This document shows positions 26,156 to 37,959 of a DNA stretch of 64,000 nucleotides, piece after piece (positions within the stretch are counted from its first letter, which is position 1; the number at the start of each line of letters is the position of its first letter). The position numbers and the translations under genes are program-made. Source of the DNA: Oculina patagonica (lineage: Eukaryota); NCBI RefSeq assembly GCF_052425735.1, contig NC_135767.1:11842001-11906000 (forward strand), written 5' to 3'. Below the pieces are notes generated by a model. That model had not been told where the DNA came from and did no database searches. It saw nothing but the letters and a program-made list of their open reading frames with translations.

Positions 26156-27612
26156 ATGTCCGTTGAAAACAAAAGAGCTCTAGCAGTGATGGAGAGTTCA
26201 GCCAAGTTAGTTGACGGTCGTTATCAACTGGCTCTTCCCTGGAGAGAGCAAGTGCCTAACCTTCCTAATAATCGGGTTTTGGCGGAACGTAGGTTGATGT
26301 CGTTGAAGAAGAGATTCCTGCAAGATGCCAAACTGTTTAAAAAGTACAAAGCAACCATCAGAGATTACGTAGACAAGGGGCACGCAAAAAGAGTTCCAGA
26401 GAATGAGCTTGTAGTCGAAGATAAACCGTTGTGGTACTTACCTAATCACCCCGTGTTCCATCCTAACAAGCCCGGAAAGACGCGAGTGGTCTTTGATTGT
26501 GCAGCAAAGTTTAGAGGAATGTCTTTGAATGATCATCTCCTAAGTGGTCCAGATCTAACAAGCAGTATCGTGGGTGTGTTGACAAGATTTCGTCACGAAC
26601 AAGTCGCACTAGCAGCAGATGTGGAAGCCATGTTCCACCAGGTGAGAGTGCCACCAGACGATTATGACGCGTTTAGATTTCTATGGTGGCCGGACGATGA
26701 CCTGGATCAGGAACCTGTTGAGTACCGCATGGAGGTTCACTTATTTGGGGCCACGTCGTCGCCGGCTTGTTCCAACGTCGCCCTCAGGAAAACTGCAGAA
26801 GATAACATCAATGAATTTGACAAAGAGGTTGTAGAGACTGTAAAGAAGAACTTTAACGTGGATGATTGTCTCAAGTCGGTAGAATCATCTACTCACGCTG
26901 TTAACCTTGCGGCTCAACTACGAGATCTTCTCTCCAGGGGTGGGTCCGTCTTCACAAGTGGCTCAGTAACAGACCCGAAGTTATGGAGACGATACCTGAA
27001 AGTGAGAGAGCTTCGTCAGTCCTCGACCTCGACTTGGACAAGGAAAGACTTCCTGTTGAGCGGACCTTGGGTCTAAGATGGGACATGCAGAAGGATATGT
27101 TCATTTTCAGTGCTGTTCTGAAAGATAAGCCCAACACGCGCAGAGGAATATTGTCTCTGACAAGCTCGATCTACGATCCACTGGGGTTCCTGGCGCCAAC
27201 CATTCTTCCTGCGAAGAAATTACTTCAGGATTTATGCAAGCTAAAGCTAGACTGGGATGATCCGGTTGGCGAGAATGAAAGTCAGAGATGGGAGAAATGG
27301 AAAGAAGAATTGCCCAAACTTTCACAGTTAGCTGTCAAGAGGTGTGTCAAACCTGCCGATCTCGGAGAATTGAAGACCGTCGAGTTACATAACTTCGCCG
27401 ACGCCTCGCAGTTTGCCTTTGGCGCTGTCTCGTATCTAAGACTGGTGGACACGAAGGATAATGCTTGCTGCTCGTTTCTCATGGGTAAGTCCCGTCTTGC
27501 GCACGTCAAGCCGATGACAGTTCCGAGACTAGAACTTTCAGCTGCGGTTCTGGCCGTCCAATTGGACAAGACCCTCAAGACCGAGCTTGAAATACCAGTG
27601 CACCAATCTGTA
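26156..27612 (+). pseudogene. BEL/Pao reverse transcriptase and RNase H (Peptidase_A17-type) region
   Basis: [31 protein letters not shown] (for YVDD), YDPLG, FADAS and PRLEL. Frameshift near 26945. Confidence 0.9.
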
Positions 27613-27894
27613 AAATAAATAAATCAACTTTGTTTAACGAGGGTTGCACATAACAGTCTTTCGACTGACAAACCTGTGGCCCTCGGATTCCCGATCGAAT
27701 TAGAATTTAGAGGTGTTGGTTTTTGTGGAGGGAGGAAAACCGGAGAACCCGGAGAAAAACCCTCGGAGCAAGGACGAGAACCAACAACAAACTCAACCCA
27801 CATATGACGCCGGGTCCGGGAATCGAACCCGGGCCACATTGGTGGGAGGCGAGCGCTCTCACCACTGCGCCATCCCTGCCCCCCCCCCCCCCCC
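27613..27894 (-). mobile_element. tRNA-derived SINE inserted in the BEL pol gene
   Basis: A box TGGCGCAGTGG, B box GGTTCGATTCC, (ATTT)n tail, TSD CTGTA (27608-27612 / 27895-27899). Removing it restores ...HQSVFLSDST.... Confidence 0.92.
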
Positions 27895-29798
27895 CTGTAT
27901 TTTTGTCAGATTCTACTACAGTGCTCCAGTACATTAGGAACGAGTCTTCCAGATTCCATACGTTTGTATCTAACCGCCTCACGGTAATTCACGAACATTC
28001 CGAGCCAAAGCAGTGGAAATACGTGAACTCTGAGCTTAATCCCGCTGATCACGCTAGCAGAGGATTGACAGTTGATGGGATGATCTCAAGTAAATGGCTG
28101 TGTGGCCCAGAGTTCCTGTCGAGAGAAGAAGACCTTTGGCCTCGTGATCCTTCCCACCAACTGAAAGAACTATCTGCAGACGATCCGGAACTCAAACGAG
28201 ATGTCCAAACGTTCAGCCAGGCTGTATTAAATCAACCAGCAGAAGATTTTCTCTCAAGGATATTTCATCAGTATTCCTCCTGGGATAAGCTGAGAAAAGC
28301 ATTTGCATGGCTGCTGAGATTCAAGAATTGGTCGGTTCAAAGGCCTCGTGGTCTTTCAGTGAACAGCAGTTCCTCCGTTAGTCAATCACCTCGAGGGGAA
28401 TTGTCTGTCGATGAAGTTCGAGTAGCCGAAAGGGAGATAATCAGGCATTTACAGAAGCTATCCTTCCCGAAAGTATTTGAAGCTCTTCGAAGAATTTCCA
28501 GAAATCAAGTATCAGCACGCCAAGTTAAACCCCATCTAAGGAAATTGAAGTCTGCCTTGCCCTTACGCAAGCTCTGTCCAGTGCTGGATGGCGACGGAAT
28601 TCTTCGGATTGGAGGAAAGCTAGAGAATGTTGGCATCAATTTTGACGCAAAACACCAAATAGTTTTGCCTTATCGTCATCACGTCACGGACCTGATTATT
28701 CAAAAGTGCCATCAAGATGCAGGTCATCCCGGACAAGAATACGTTTTGTCCAATCTCCGTCAACTATATTGGATTGTTAAAGGAAGATCGGCCGTGCGTC
28801 GAGTTCTTAGTGAATGTTTCCTGTGCAGGAAACTTGGTGCAGCCCGTGGTGAACAGTTAATGGCTAATTTACCCAAGGAAAGGTTGTCTCCTGGAGATCC
28901 TCCATTTACCTCTGTTGGCCTGGATTATTTTGGTCCCCTGTACGTTAAGCAAGGGCGTTCCAACGTAAAGCGTTAAGGCTTTTTGTTTACGTGTTTAACG
29001 ACCAGGGCCGTTCATATCGAGATTACGTGCTCTATGGATACAGATTCCTTTGTTAATGCTTTGCGTAGGTTCACCAGTTTCAGAGGAAACCCAACGACAG
29101 TCTACAGCGACAATGGTTCCAATTTTCGCGCCGGGGAGCAAGAAATGCGTATAGCCATAGAATATTGGAATCAGAGAGCCATCACTGAGTTTCTCCGTCA
29201 AAGGAACGTCACCTGGAAATTTAACCCACCATCCGCATCGCATATGGGCGGCGTTTGGGAGCGCGTGATCAGATCAATCCGCAAGATTTTGACGGCGTTG
29301 TTAGGGCAACAACTGGTAAACGAAGAGATGTTGCGTACCGTGATGGCTGAGGTGCAAGGAATCCTTAACAGCAGACCTTTAACGCCGGTCAGCAATGATC
29401 CCAAGGATCTAGAGCCCCTGACGCCCAACCATTTACTGCTTCTACGAGCAAACCCTAACTTACCTCCTGGAGTCTTCGGAAAGGAAGGCAATTATTGCAA
29501 GCGTCGTTGGCGACAGGTGCAATACATGTCAGATGTATTTTGGAGCCGCTGGCTAAAAGAGTATTTACCATTTCTTCAATTGAGGCAGAAATGGTGCACT
29601 CCTTGTCGTTGTTTTGCGGTTAACGATTTAGTCCTGGTCGCGGATGAAAGTGTTCATCGAGGCAAATGGCCTTTGGCCAGAATTGTTGAAGTTCATCGTG
29701 GAAAGGATGGATTGGTCAGATCGGCAAGAGTTCGCACAAACACCTCGACATTCGTTAGACCGATTTCAAAACTGTGCTTTCTTGAGCATGACGAGTAA
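27895..29798 (+). pseudogene. BEL/Pao RNase H C-terminus and integrase
   Basis: [13 protein letters not shown] zinc finger, LDYFGP / SDNGSNF / GGVWER DDE core, C-terminal DUF5641-like region. In-frame TAA at 28974-28976. Confidence 0.9.
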
Positions 29799-29996
29799 CA
29801 AGTCTACAGTGAACTGACCTCGTTTAGAGACTATTTCAGAGAACTTTGCGAAAACACTAAATTAGAACATTCATCGTTTGGGACTCATTTTAGTTGCGTA
29901 TTTATTAATTCAGTTTCTTAAGGACAAGCTCGTGTCTATAATTATGTTTATCAGTTAATGAACAATTAGAATTTAATTGGTTCATTGGGGCCGGTA

Positions 29997-30398
29997 TGTA
30001 GCCACGGAGCCCCTTATTATTCGTTTTTATTTGTCGAGTCCTTTGTTTCCGTTTTTGTCGCGCATATTTTTCTTGTACGTTAGCTTTGTTAGTTATTTTT
30101 AGGTTACGTTACTTGTTATATTTTCGTGTGCATTTTTTATCTGCCATTTCTATTGTTTTGCTTAGCGTTTTCTGCGGTGATTTTTAAGTTTTCGTTGTCA
30201 GTATGTTAAAGTCGCCGAAGTTTTCGCACAAATCTTGTAAGTTTCGTATTTTTTCCATTATTTTTTCGCTTTCTGTTTTAGTGTTCCGTTTGTTTCTTTC
30301 GCTGTAAGTTTAGTTTGTCTGTGTTGTTTGTTATTTCAGCAAATCGCTGGTTAAAGTGCGTATTTTGAAGTTGTGCGTGTGGTTTGATTACATATACA
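29997..30398 (+). repeat. 3' LTR of the BEL/Pao element
   Basis: Direct repeat of the 5' LTR. Confidence 0.9.
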
Positions 30399-31722
30399 AG
30401 TATAGGTAACTAAGGAAGACTTAACAGAAACAAAAGAAGTACGGAAATAAATAACTAAAGAAGTCTATATCGTGTTACTTACTTATATTAGCCTATTTGC
30501 GTATTGGGTGCATTAGGCCTTAGAAGTGTAATAACGTGTTACGTACTTACATTAGCCTCTTTGTGTATTGGGGTGCATTAGACCTTAGATGTTTAATAAG
30601 GACTTGAAGATGTCATTTTTGAAAGTTTTTATTGTTACGAAGTTCACTTTATTCGTCCACTTGGTTCACTTGGCTAGCTTGTTTCAAGAAAGACAGGCCA
30701 TCAATTTTAAGCGGGGATAATAACGTGACTCGATCGGCACATATCTTTAAAATTGTATAGACAATTGTTCTTTTAATTACTGCAAAGAGTTATCAGAAAC
30801 TCAATGTGTCTAACCTCCCAAGACAAGAAACAAGAAATTATATATTAATACATAGGTCATTACACTTTTCATTATTTAAATGTATATTAACGTTAACGCA
30901 TCCGTTGGACGAAAGAAAAGATCGGACACACTACAGCTGCTATTGAATAAAATATTTAATATCCTTCATGCTCGTTTCACTTTCCATAAGCTTTCAAATG
31001 ATGGCCCACGAAACTCGTCAAAAGGAAAAGAAACTTTGTAAAACAAACGTAGCAGAAGAACTGGATGTTTGCCACAAAAAGAACTGTTTTTAAGTGGGTT
31101 TCACTACGTACTAAAAAAAACTATATTGCTTTTGCCTTTCTTTAATTATTAAGAAGATTTCAGATGTAGGCCCGGGGGTAGATGATGGGGAAGGGATTCC
31201 ATTAATATAAGCCACAAAAGTTATGGAGGTTCGGAAATCTATACCTTTAAAGAAATAGTACAATTAATGACATGTTTTTATAAGGTAGATCCTGAAAAAC
31301 ACTTTCTTAGGATGCGTCAAATGTTTTCAAGTCCATTTTGCTACTAAATTGGACATGCCTAAATTGCCATTTCTAGCTTATAAGAAATGTCGATCATTTT
31401 CAAATACATAATGTTGCGACGGAAATAAAACGACCTTCTTAATCATGCGAGCTAAAAAGCCCTAAGATCGACAGCTGTTCTGTTTGATTACGTGCTACAC
31501 GTCTGCAATATTTTGCTGTTACCGATAGACAGCTGTTTGAGCTTGTTTTAAACAATTGTAGAACCATGGAGACATGACTCAGACAAAGCCCACGTAGAAA
31601 CATGGAAGCGTGACTCAGACAAAACCGGCCCACGTGACTCACTACTAACAACGTCCTTTGGTAAACTGAATAAAAACGTCCAGATACTTTCGCCTGTCAA
31701 ATCACAAGGACTTCAACTGGCA

Positions 31723-32653
31723 ATGGAGAACTCTACCGCCTATGCAGACTACAACAAGAATCTTCAAGTTCTGCTTTGCACAGGTCATTCCTCAGGAAAA
31801 CGCTGGTATTTTTTTTTCTGCTTTGGACATTTTGTTATCAATTACTGCAATCACAGGGAATATGCTGATACTTATTGCGTTGCATAAGGAATCGTCTCTT
31901 CATCCGCCATCAAAAGTTCTGTATCGCTGCCTTGCGGTTACTGATCTTTTAGTTGGCCTTATTTCGGAACCAACCGCTGCTTTATATCACGCAATTTTGG
32001 TAAAAGAAAACCATTCGACCGATCTTTGTTTTTACACTGCAATCTTTTGTACAGTCAGTTTTACAATATTGTCCGCGGTGTCTTTGCTTACCATGACCGC
32101 AATAAGTGTGGACAGACTTCTCGCACTTTTGTTGGGGTTGAGATACAGACATATTATAACTTTGAGACGAGTTCGAGCGTTAGTTATCTTCTTTTGGATT
32201 TCCAGCTTGCCTTTTTCTTCAATGATGATTTGGAACTACATTGTTGCTAAAAGTTATAACTATACATTAATATTACTTTGCATTGTTGTGTCATCCTTTT
32301 GCTACTCGAAAATCTTCATCGTACTCCGCCATCATCAAAATGCCGTTCAGCAACATCGAGGACAGTCGAACGGTGGAGGAATTTCCCTGAATATAGCACG
32401 ATACAGAAAGACAGTGTCTACTGCATTGTGGGTAGAAGTTACATTACTAATTTGCTATCTGCCATACAGTATAGTTTTAGCTATAGTTACTATTCGCGGA
32501 TCATCTCCATTTGTTGATATCATTTGGGAATTAACAGCATCTTTCGTTTGTTTAAACTCCACTTTAAATCCAATTCTTTATTGCTGCAAAATAAGGGAAG
32601 TTAAACAAGAAGTAAAAAACACGTTAAGGCAGGTCTTACGTTTGTCAAATTAG
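31723..32653 (+). CDS. Class A GPCR, cluster member 3; +1 frameshift in a T9 run (pseudogene or assembly error)
   Basis: ATG at 31723 gives MENSTAYADYNKNLQVLLCTGHSSGKRWYFF, matching paralog 54653. One extra T at 31809-31817 shifts the frame. The downstream 7TM body is intact (ORF 31742-32653). Confidence 0.85.
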
Positions 32654-33413
32654 GTCAATTATTTTATTTTAACACTTCTATCAAGAGAGCTCAGCTATAA
32701 ATGTAATCTTTGTAGAAAGGGCTTACATACCTTTAGTTTCGGAGTTTTTACAATAACTGTTAGATTTTATCGCTACTTTTGGAGGTGTCACTTTTTCTGG
32801 CATGGAGTTTAGTTTAAGTTAACAAAAGCGCTTAACTTTATTGTTTGTGAAAAACTGCTTCACTACACAAACCATAGAAGAACAAAACAATAATAATAAC
32901 GATGATTTACATGGAGAACATTGCTTGTAGTTACAAAACGAAATAACGAAATACATGAAAATATATTGTGTGGATGATTGACACTTTATATTAGCCGCCT
33001 TCGACTATTATAAGTATCATTGTTTACCCTCGGGGATTGGGGGGAGGGAGTGGTGTGGGTGCCCCACCCCCGTTGAGTTTTTTCGCAATTTTGAAAAGTG
33101 AATTTACTCTATGATGCTGAAACTTTCAGCAGCTCTCCAATCATCCCTTGAGGAAATTTTGATATGTCAACTAGGTGTCCACGAAAATTACAAGCTGGTA
33201 AAAATCGTTACATACACCTAGTTGCAATAAGATTGTCTCAAAATACGAATAAATCAATTTATACTGTTATAGCATAAAAAATTGAAAGTGTACCGATAAA
33301 AACTCGTGAGTTTTCTGTAAAAGATATACGGTAATGAAACTACGCTAATTAATTCCTATTAACCTTTTTAATTTTTTCTATGACAACGTTATTGCAATTA
33401 GATGTATTTCTTA

Positions 33414-33608
33414 GGCCCCGTCCACACTGAACCGGGTAAATTTGAAAACGCATCTTTTTAACCCGGATAAGCTAACCGTTCACACTGAAACGCGTTTTTG
33501 GTCACCGAAACGGTACTTTTCAAAAACGCTCTCCAAAGTGGGTATCGTTTTCAATGTGGACGGAAAACATTTTACGCGGCGTTTTCAAATTGCTCCGTTA
33601 AACGGGCC
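33414..33608. mobile_element. PIF/Harbinger-type MITE
   Basis: TTA-GGCCCCGTCCACAC...AACGGGCC-TAA, same family as the element at 108. Confidence 0.6.
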
Positions 33609-34342
33609 TAATTTCCTCAGTTATTTTCTTTAAACAACGTTGCGCGATTTGTTTAAGATTACACTCCAAAAGCATTCTGGCTTGATTTGTGTGTCAGTTC
33701 TCGTTTTTTTTTTTTACTTTCTAAGAAATTGGTGAAGTCCAAATTGTTATACCGACAAGGTTCCGATTAGTCACGACTTTTCCGGTTAGCTTTGGCCAAA
33801 GTCCCTTAGCGCAACCAAAAAAAAGGGTTATTGTCTAGTGCTTAATCCAAAAAGTTCAAACACAACAATAGACAATTTTTTAATACGATAAGGAATCCAA
33901 GAGGGCGGCTCAAATGACGTCGCATGACGTCACATGACCGCCTGTCAACAAAAAATGTCATCTTGTAGAGGAGGCTAAGGGCTTTCTATTCAATGCTAAA
34001 TAATTTCGCTGCCCATTAACAGAACGAAGACCTTAAGAAAGGGAGCCATCCAACTCCTGACCCCTTGTATCACAGTGGAGTTAAGTCGGTGTTGCACGGG
34101 ACAACAACGATTTTTTGCGCAAAAATGTTAGGCAAAAAATTGAACACACTCTTACACGAGCCAACATTCTAAATATTCTTCATCTTGCGTTGATAGTTTT
34201 TTACTAGGGTTCAAAAAGTCGCAATGTGTTGCCGAGTCAAAAGTTGCGCGAATATGTACTTATTGACTGAATGGGAGGGCCGGACGGGAAATTATTTGGC
34301 TCGAGGTCAGGACGTACGGAGAAATTTCATGGAAGACTTTTG

Positions 34343-36935
34343 CTAATCCTCCTTGTCTGACGACTGGATAACATGGCAGCGATGTTTCTTTGAGGCTGAA
34401 ATGCTAAGAGCTTGATGACTAGTGGCTTCGGGAAGAACAAGATTCTGTATGTTTAGGACACCAATTCTTCCTCCTGAAAATACGCTGCTCGCTGGCATGG
34501 ATCCTTGGACGTTGCTGCTACTTGACTGAGCTTGATGATTTTCCTTCGGTGCGTTTGGCTTCGGGTTCGGCTTGGCGTTGTTTTGCTTGCCACTCAGTAT
34601 TTTTGACATCTGGCGTTGCTGCTCACGGGATGCCACGGCATAGCTATCCAAACTTTTAAGGCTCTTGTGGCCACTCAGTTGGGCACATTATTGTGACTGA
34701 CTCCTGAATCTAGAAGCGTCTTGATACATGTTTTGCGTACTGAATGGTTAGTAAATTTAGTAAATTTACCGCTCGTCGACATCGGTAAATTTATTGTAGC
34801 GCTGGTAAGGAACTTGCCAATCTTGTTCTTTCCTAGAAGGCTGTTAATAAACCAAATTTGATCTTCTGGTTTTTGTCGGTGACGAACAGCTAGGGAGAAT
34901 GGGCTTTCTGGTGATTTGGCTTCCTCTGGTCTCCAGTAAACAAAATCTTTGAAGCAAGGTACTGGACATTTTTTGTTGCCTCTTTCGTACACTTTTGCAC
35001 GGAAAGAGTTGTTGTGTTTGTTTTCGTCGCCGTGGTGGGTCTTGCTTTCCCTCTCCCTTGTCTACTCCAGGTATTCTTCACCACTAGATTCATCTTTTTT
35101 TTCAAAGCGATATCATGGCGCCAAATTTCATCTGCCTTACTTCGTGTCTTGTCCGATGCTCAAAGTGGAGCGTCAGCAAAAAGCACATCGTTCGTGAAAG
35201 TACTTCGGGATCATGGATGCCAAACTGAGGGCATCTGTGGTGTTTGGTTTGTTCCCTTTACCCTACTTCCTGAGTTCACGACGCTTGGATTTTAGAACTT
35301 CTCTTGAAACCTTAAAATATTCGTCCTTCAGGATGTTTATCTTTGCGTTGTCGTTGTCCAAGTATCGCTGGATACTTCGCGAGAAGGAGGACAGCGTCAG
35401 GTTCGTACTCTGTGTTGTCTTTTTCTATTTGCGTTGATATAGAAATAGCGTCGCGCACAAATTCTAAAAATAGATTTGGTCTCATGAGACCCCCCGCGTG
35501 ACTCAGACGAACATTGCAGTCGGCCATAAGCGAATGTATGCGAGAGAGCGTCAATACGTGAAGAAAACATGTGAAAAGTTAGGTAAATCGGAATGTATGC
35601 TTTCTCAAAGGGTTAAGAATGGTTAGTACAAAGCACTGCTGTCATGGTGAGTGCAAAACCGACTCAAAGTATCCTGAACATTGGCCAAAATTGCTCTTAG
35701 AGCTAAAGGAATCGGGGAAGAAAGTCTTCATTCCATTTGGCTTACGGTACGAATTGCGAAACGAAACGGTACTTTACGAAATGGTACTTTGCAAAACGGT
35801 ACTGAGGTAAAAATATTGCAAAAATATTGAATGTGGCAAATAAACATTGATTGCAAAACAGGTATAAGTCATGATAAGTCGACCCAGGTATGAGTGAAGG
35901 ATAAATGTGATGCCTGCTTTTGAATCGAAACTTGTCGCGTCGCGAAATAATTTATCAAAAATGCAAAACGTGAATCAGGGTGAATGTAAGTAGCATCAAA
36001 AATCAGAAATAAAGACGCCTGTAAAAGCACTACTCTCGCTTTAGTCATCCGAAAATGAAGGATGCGAAATTTTTCCGCCGCCGAGGATTTCTTATCTTTA
36101 TTTTAGTGCATGAATGTACGCCGCCCGGCGCGCCAGGTTGTAAATAAAGGTCGCGATGGTCACGTTTGTCATGCTTTCTTGTTATGTGTAGTCATGAAAA
36201 CAAATGGATTAAAAGTCTGTTTTTTAACATGGCGAACGTTTATTAAGATCGAATAAAAGTTTCACAGAAGGTTCGTGAATTTATGGCATTTTTTTCAAAC
36301 GCCGACAACTGTGATTATGCAAATGACTGCTATACCGTTCAGCTACATTTTTGCCGATAAGAATTATTTCGAGCCGATCAAAATAGCTATTTTCGGTCAA
36401 TTCTAAATTTGACGCTAGGTTCGTGATTAGTGTTTAGTAATACGATTTTTACGGCTCGATAGTTGTCCAGCCTTTATACATTCCGTAACACATTTCACAA
36501 TTAAGATCGTCACGAAGGGTTGTCGTTTTCCGCTTAATTTTAGCCCTCTGCACTTCAGCCATCGTTTTAACTGATCCACATTATAGTTCTCTGCTTCACT
36601 TTCAAATTTCGAGCCAGGAACGCCATCATCTTGCGTGAGAACGGCCAAAGACCGAAGCGAAGTGCTCGCGAGCGACATAATTTCTTCATATCGCTCTTGT
36701 AGTTTGTCTGAGTCAAGTGGGGGGTCTCAATTTTGGTGACGTCATTTGTGCGCGACGCTATTGCATGGGAGGTTGTCGAGCTCATCCAGTGGAATTTCCA
36801 AGACCTTCCGTCTCTCGCCACATTCAGTGATAAATCTTTTAAAAAACGTTCATGTCATAGCTTGTTTTTGACAGTTTTTGCTTGTTGTTGGCTTCTAATA
36901 AAATTGTGAACTTCTTCATTGGTGAGAAGTTTTGA
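34343..36935 (-). pseudogene. Crypton-type (DUF3504) tyrosine recombinase, decayed and interrupted
   Basis: Stitched frames give EIPLDELDNL..FY, EYEPD, SIQRYL, GKGNKPN, LHFEHRTRHEVRQMKFG, KCPV, TNHSVRKT and (LS)GHKSLKSLDSY, i.e. the R...HxxR...GH...Y catalytic set. Confidence 0.85.
35447..36759. mobile_element. Internally deleted ISL2EU-like (Harbinger-related) DNA transposon
   Basis: Perfect 16-bp TIR AGCGTCGCGCACAAAT, subterminal IR TGAGACCCCCC.C.TGACTCAGAC, AT on both flanks. Convergent ORF stubs: THAP-like MVSTKHCCHGEC...FIPF (35619, +) and SAP-like QLKRWLKCRGLKLSGKR (36678, -). Confidence 0.8.
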
Positions 36936-37959
36936 CTTTTTTTCTTTTTTTTTTCTGAGTGAGTTCGTACTTGAAGAAGCTCTGCATTGTGTAGTTCACC
37001 AGGATAATATAATTTTTTGTCGGAATATTCACTTTCATCGTCAATGTAAACAATGGGCAACGCCATGCTTTGTACTAGAACCGACATTTCCTGATTTTAA
37101 ATGCTGTGGGATTTAAAATGCAATTTAAAGGCGCTACTTCCTAAGTCTAAGAGATTAAATGTCATGATCGTGGCGAAAAGCCCGACAGCAAAATCTAAGA
37201 AATTCAAATTCTAATCACGTACCATATCACCAAAATATTTTCAAATCTTTTCCAACGTGCAAAAGTCAAATTTAACGACTTCGAGTTAGTAAAAAAAAAA
37301 AAGAAATCATTGGGTCGACTGGGATGAGAATATAATTTTGGTTTAAAGTTCAATCATATGGTTTGAGAGTGTTTGTCTTAGGAGAATACATCATAAAGAT
37401 TTAAAGTATATTGTCGATAGATAATTTTATCGATAGATAAAATTGTGAACTTCTTCATTGGTGAGAAGTTTTGACTTTTTTTCTTTTTTTTTTCTGAGTG
37501 AGTTCGTACTTGAAGAAGCTCTGCATTGTGTAGTTCACCAGGATAATATAATTTTTTGTCGGAATATTCACTTTCATCGTCAATGTAAACAATGGGCAAC
37601 GCCATGCTTTGTACTAGAACCGACATTTCCTGATTTTAAATGCTGTGGGATTTAAAATGCAATTTAAAGGCGCTACTTCCTAAGTCTAAGAGATTAAATG
37701 TCATGATCGTGGCGAAAAGCCCGACAGCAAAATCTAAGAAATTCAAATTCTAATCACGTACCATATCACCAAAATATTTTCAAATCTTTTCCAACGTGCA
37801 AAAGTCAAATTTAACGACTTCGAGTTAGTAAAAAAAAAAAAGAAATCATTGGGTCGACTGGGATGAGAATATAATTTTGGTTTAAAGTTCAATCATATGG
37901 TTTGAGAGTGTTTGTCTTAGGAGAATACATCATAAAGATTTAAAGTATATTGTCGATAG
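36898..37959 (+). repeat. Recent 523-bp tandem duplication with 16-nt filler
   Basis: 36898-37420 and 37437-37959 appear identical. Filler is ATAATTTTATCGATAG. Confidence 0.92.

Larger units (their letters stand above)
23051..30398 (+). mobile_element. BEL/Pao LTR retrotransposon, full length but inactivated
   Basis: Two LTRs of about 400 bp starting TGTAGCCACGG, domain order gag-PR-RT-RH-IN, purine-rich GGGGCCGGTA before the 3' LTR, multiple stops and frameshifts. Right end is ambiguous (30392-30398). Confidence 0.95.

Noticed and set aside
27723-27894. N-terminal extension of the 417-aa ORF and overlapping short ORFs
   Set aside because: Read-through of the inserted SINE, which is bounded by a TSD.
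33020-34090. Possible piggyBac-like non-autonomous element
   Set aside because: Termini and TTAA TSD are too degenerate to support a call.
36839-37655. Duplicated 65-82 aa ORFs
   Set aside because: Chance ORFs spanning a Crypton/host junction, repeated only because of the tandem duplication.
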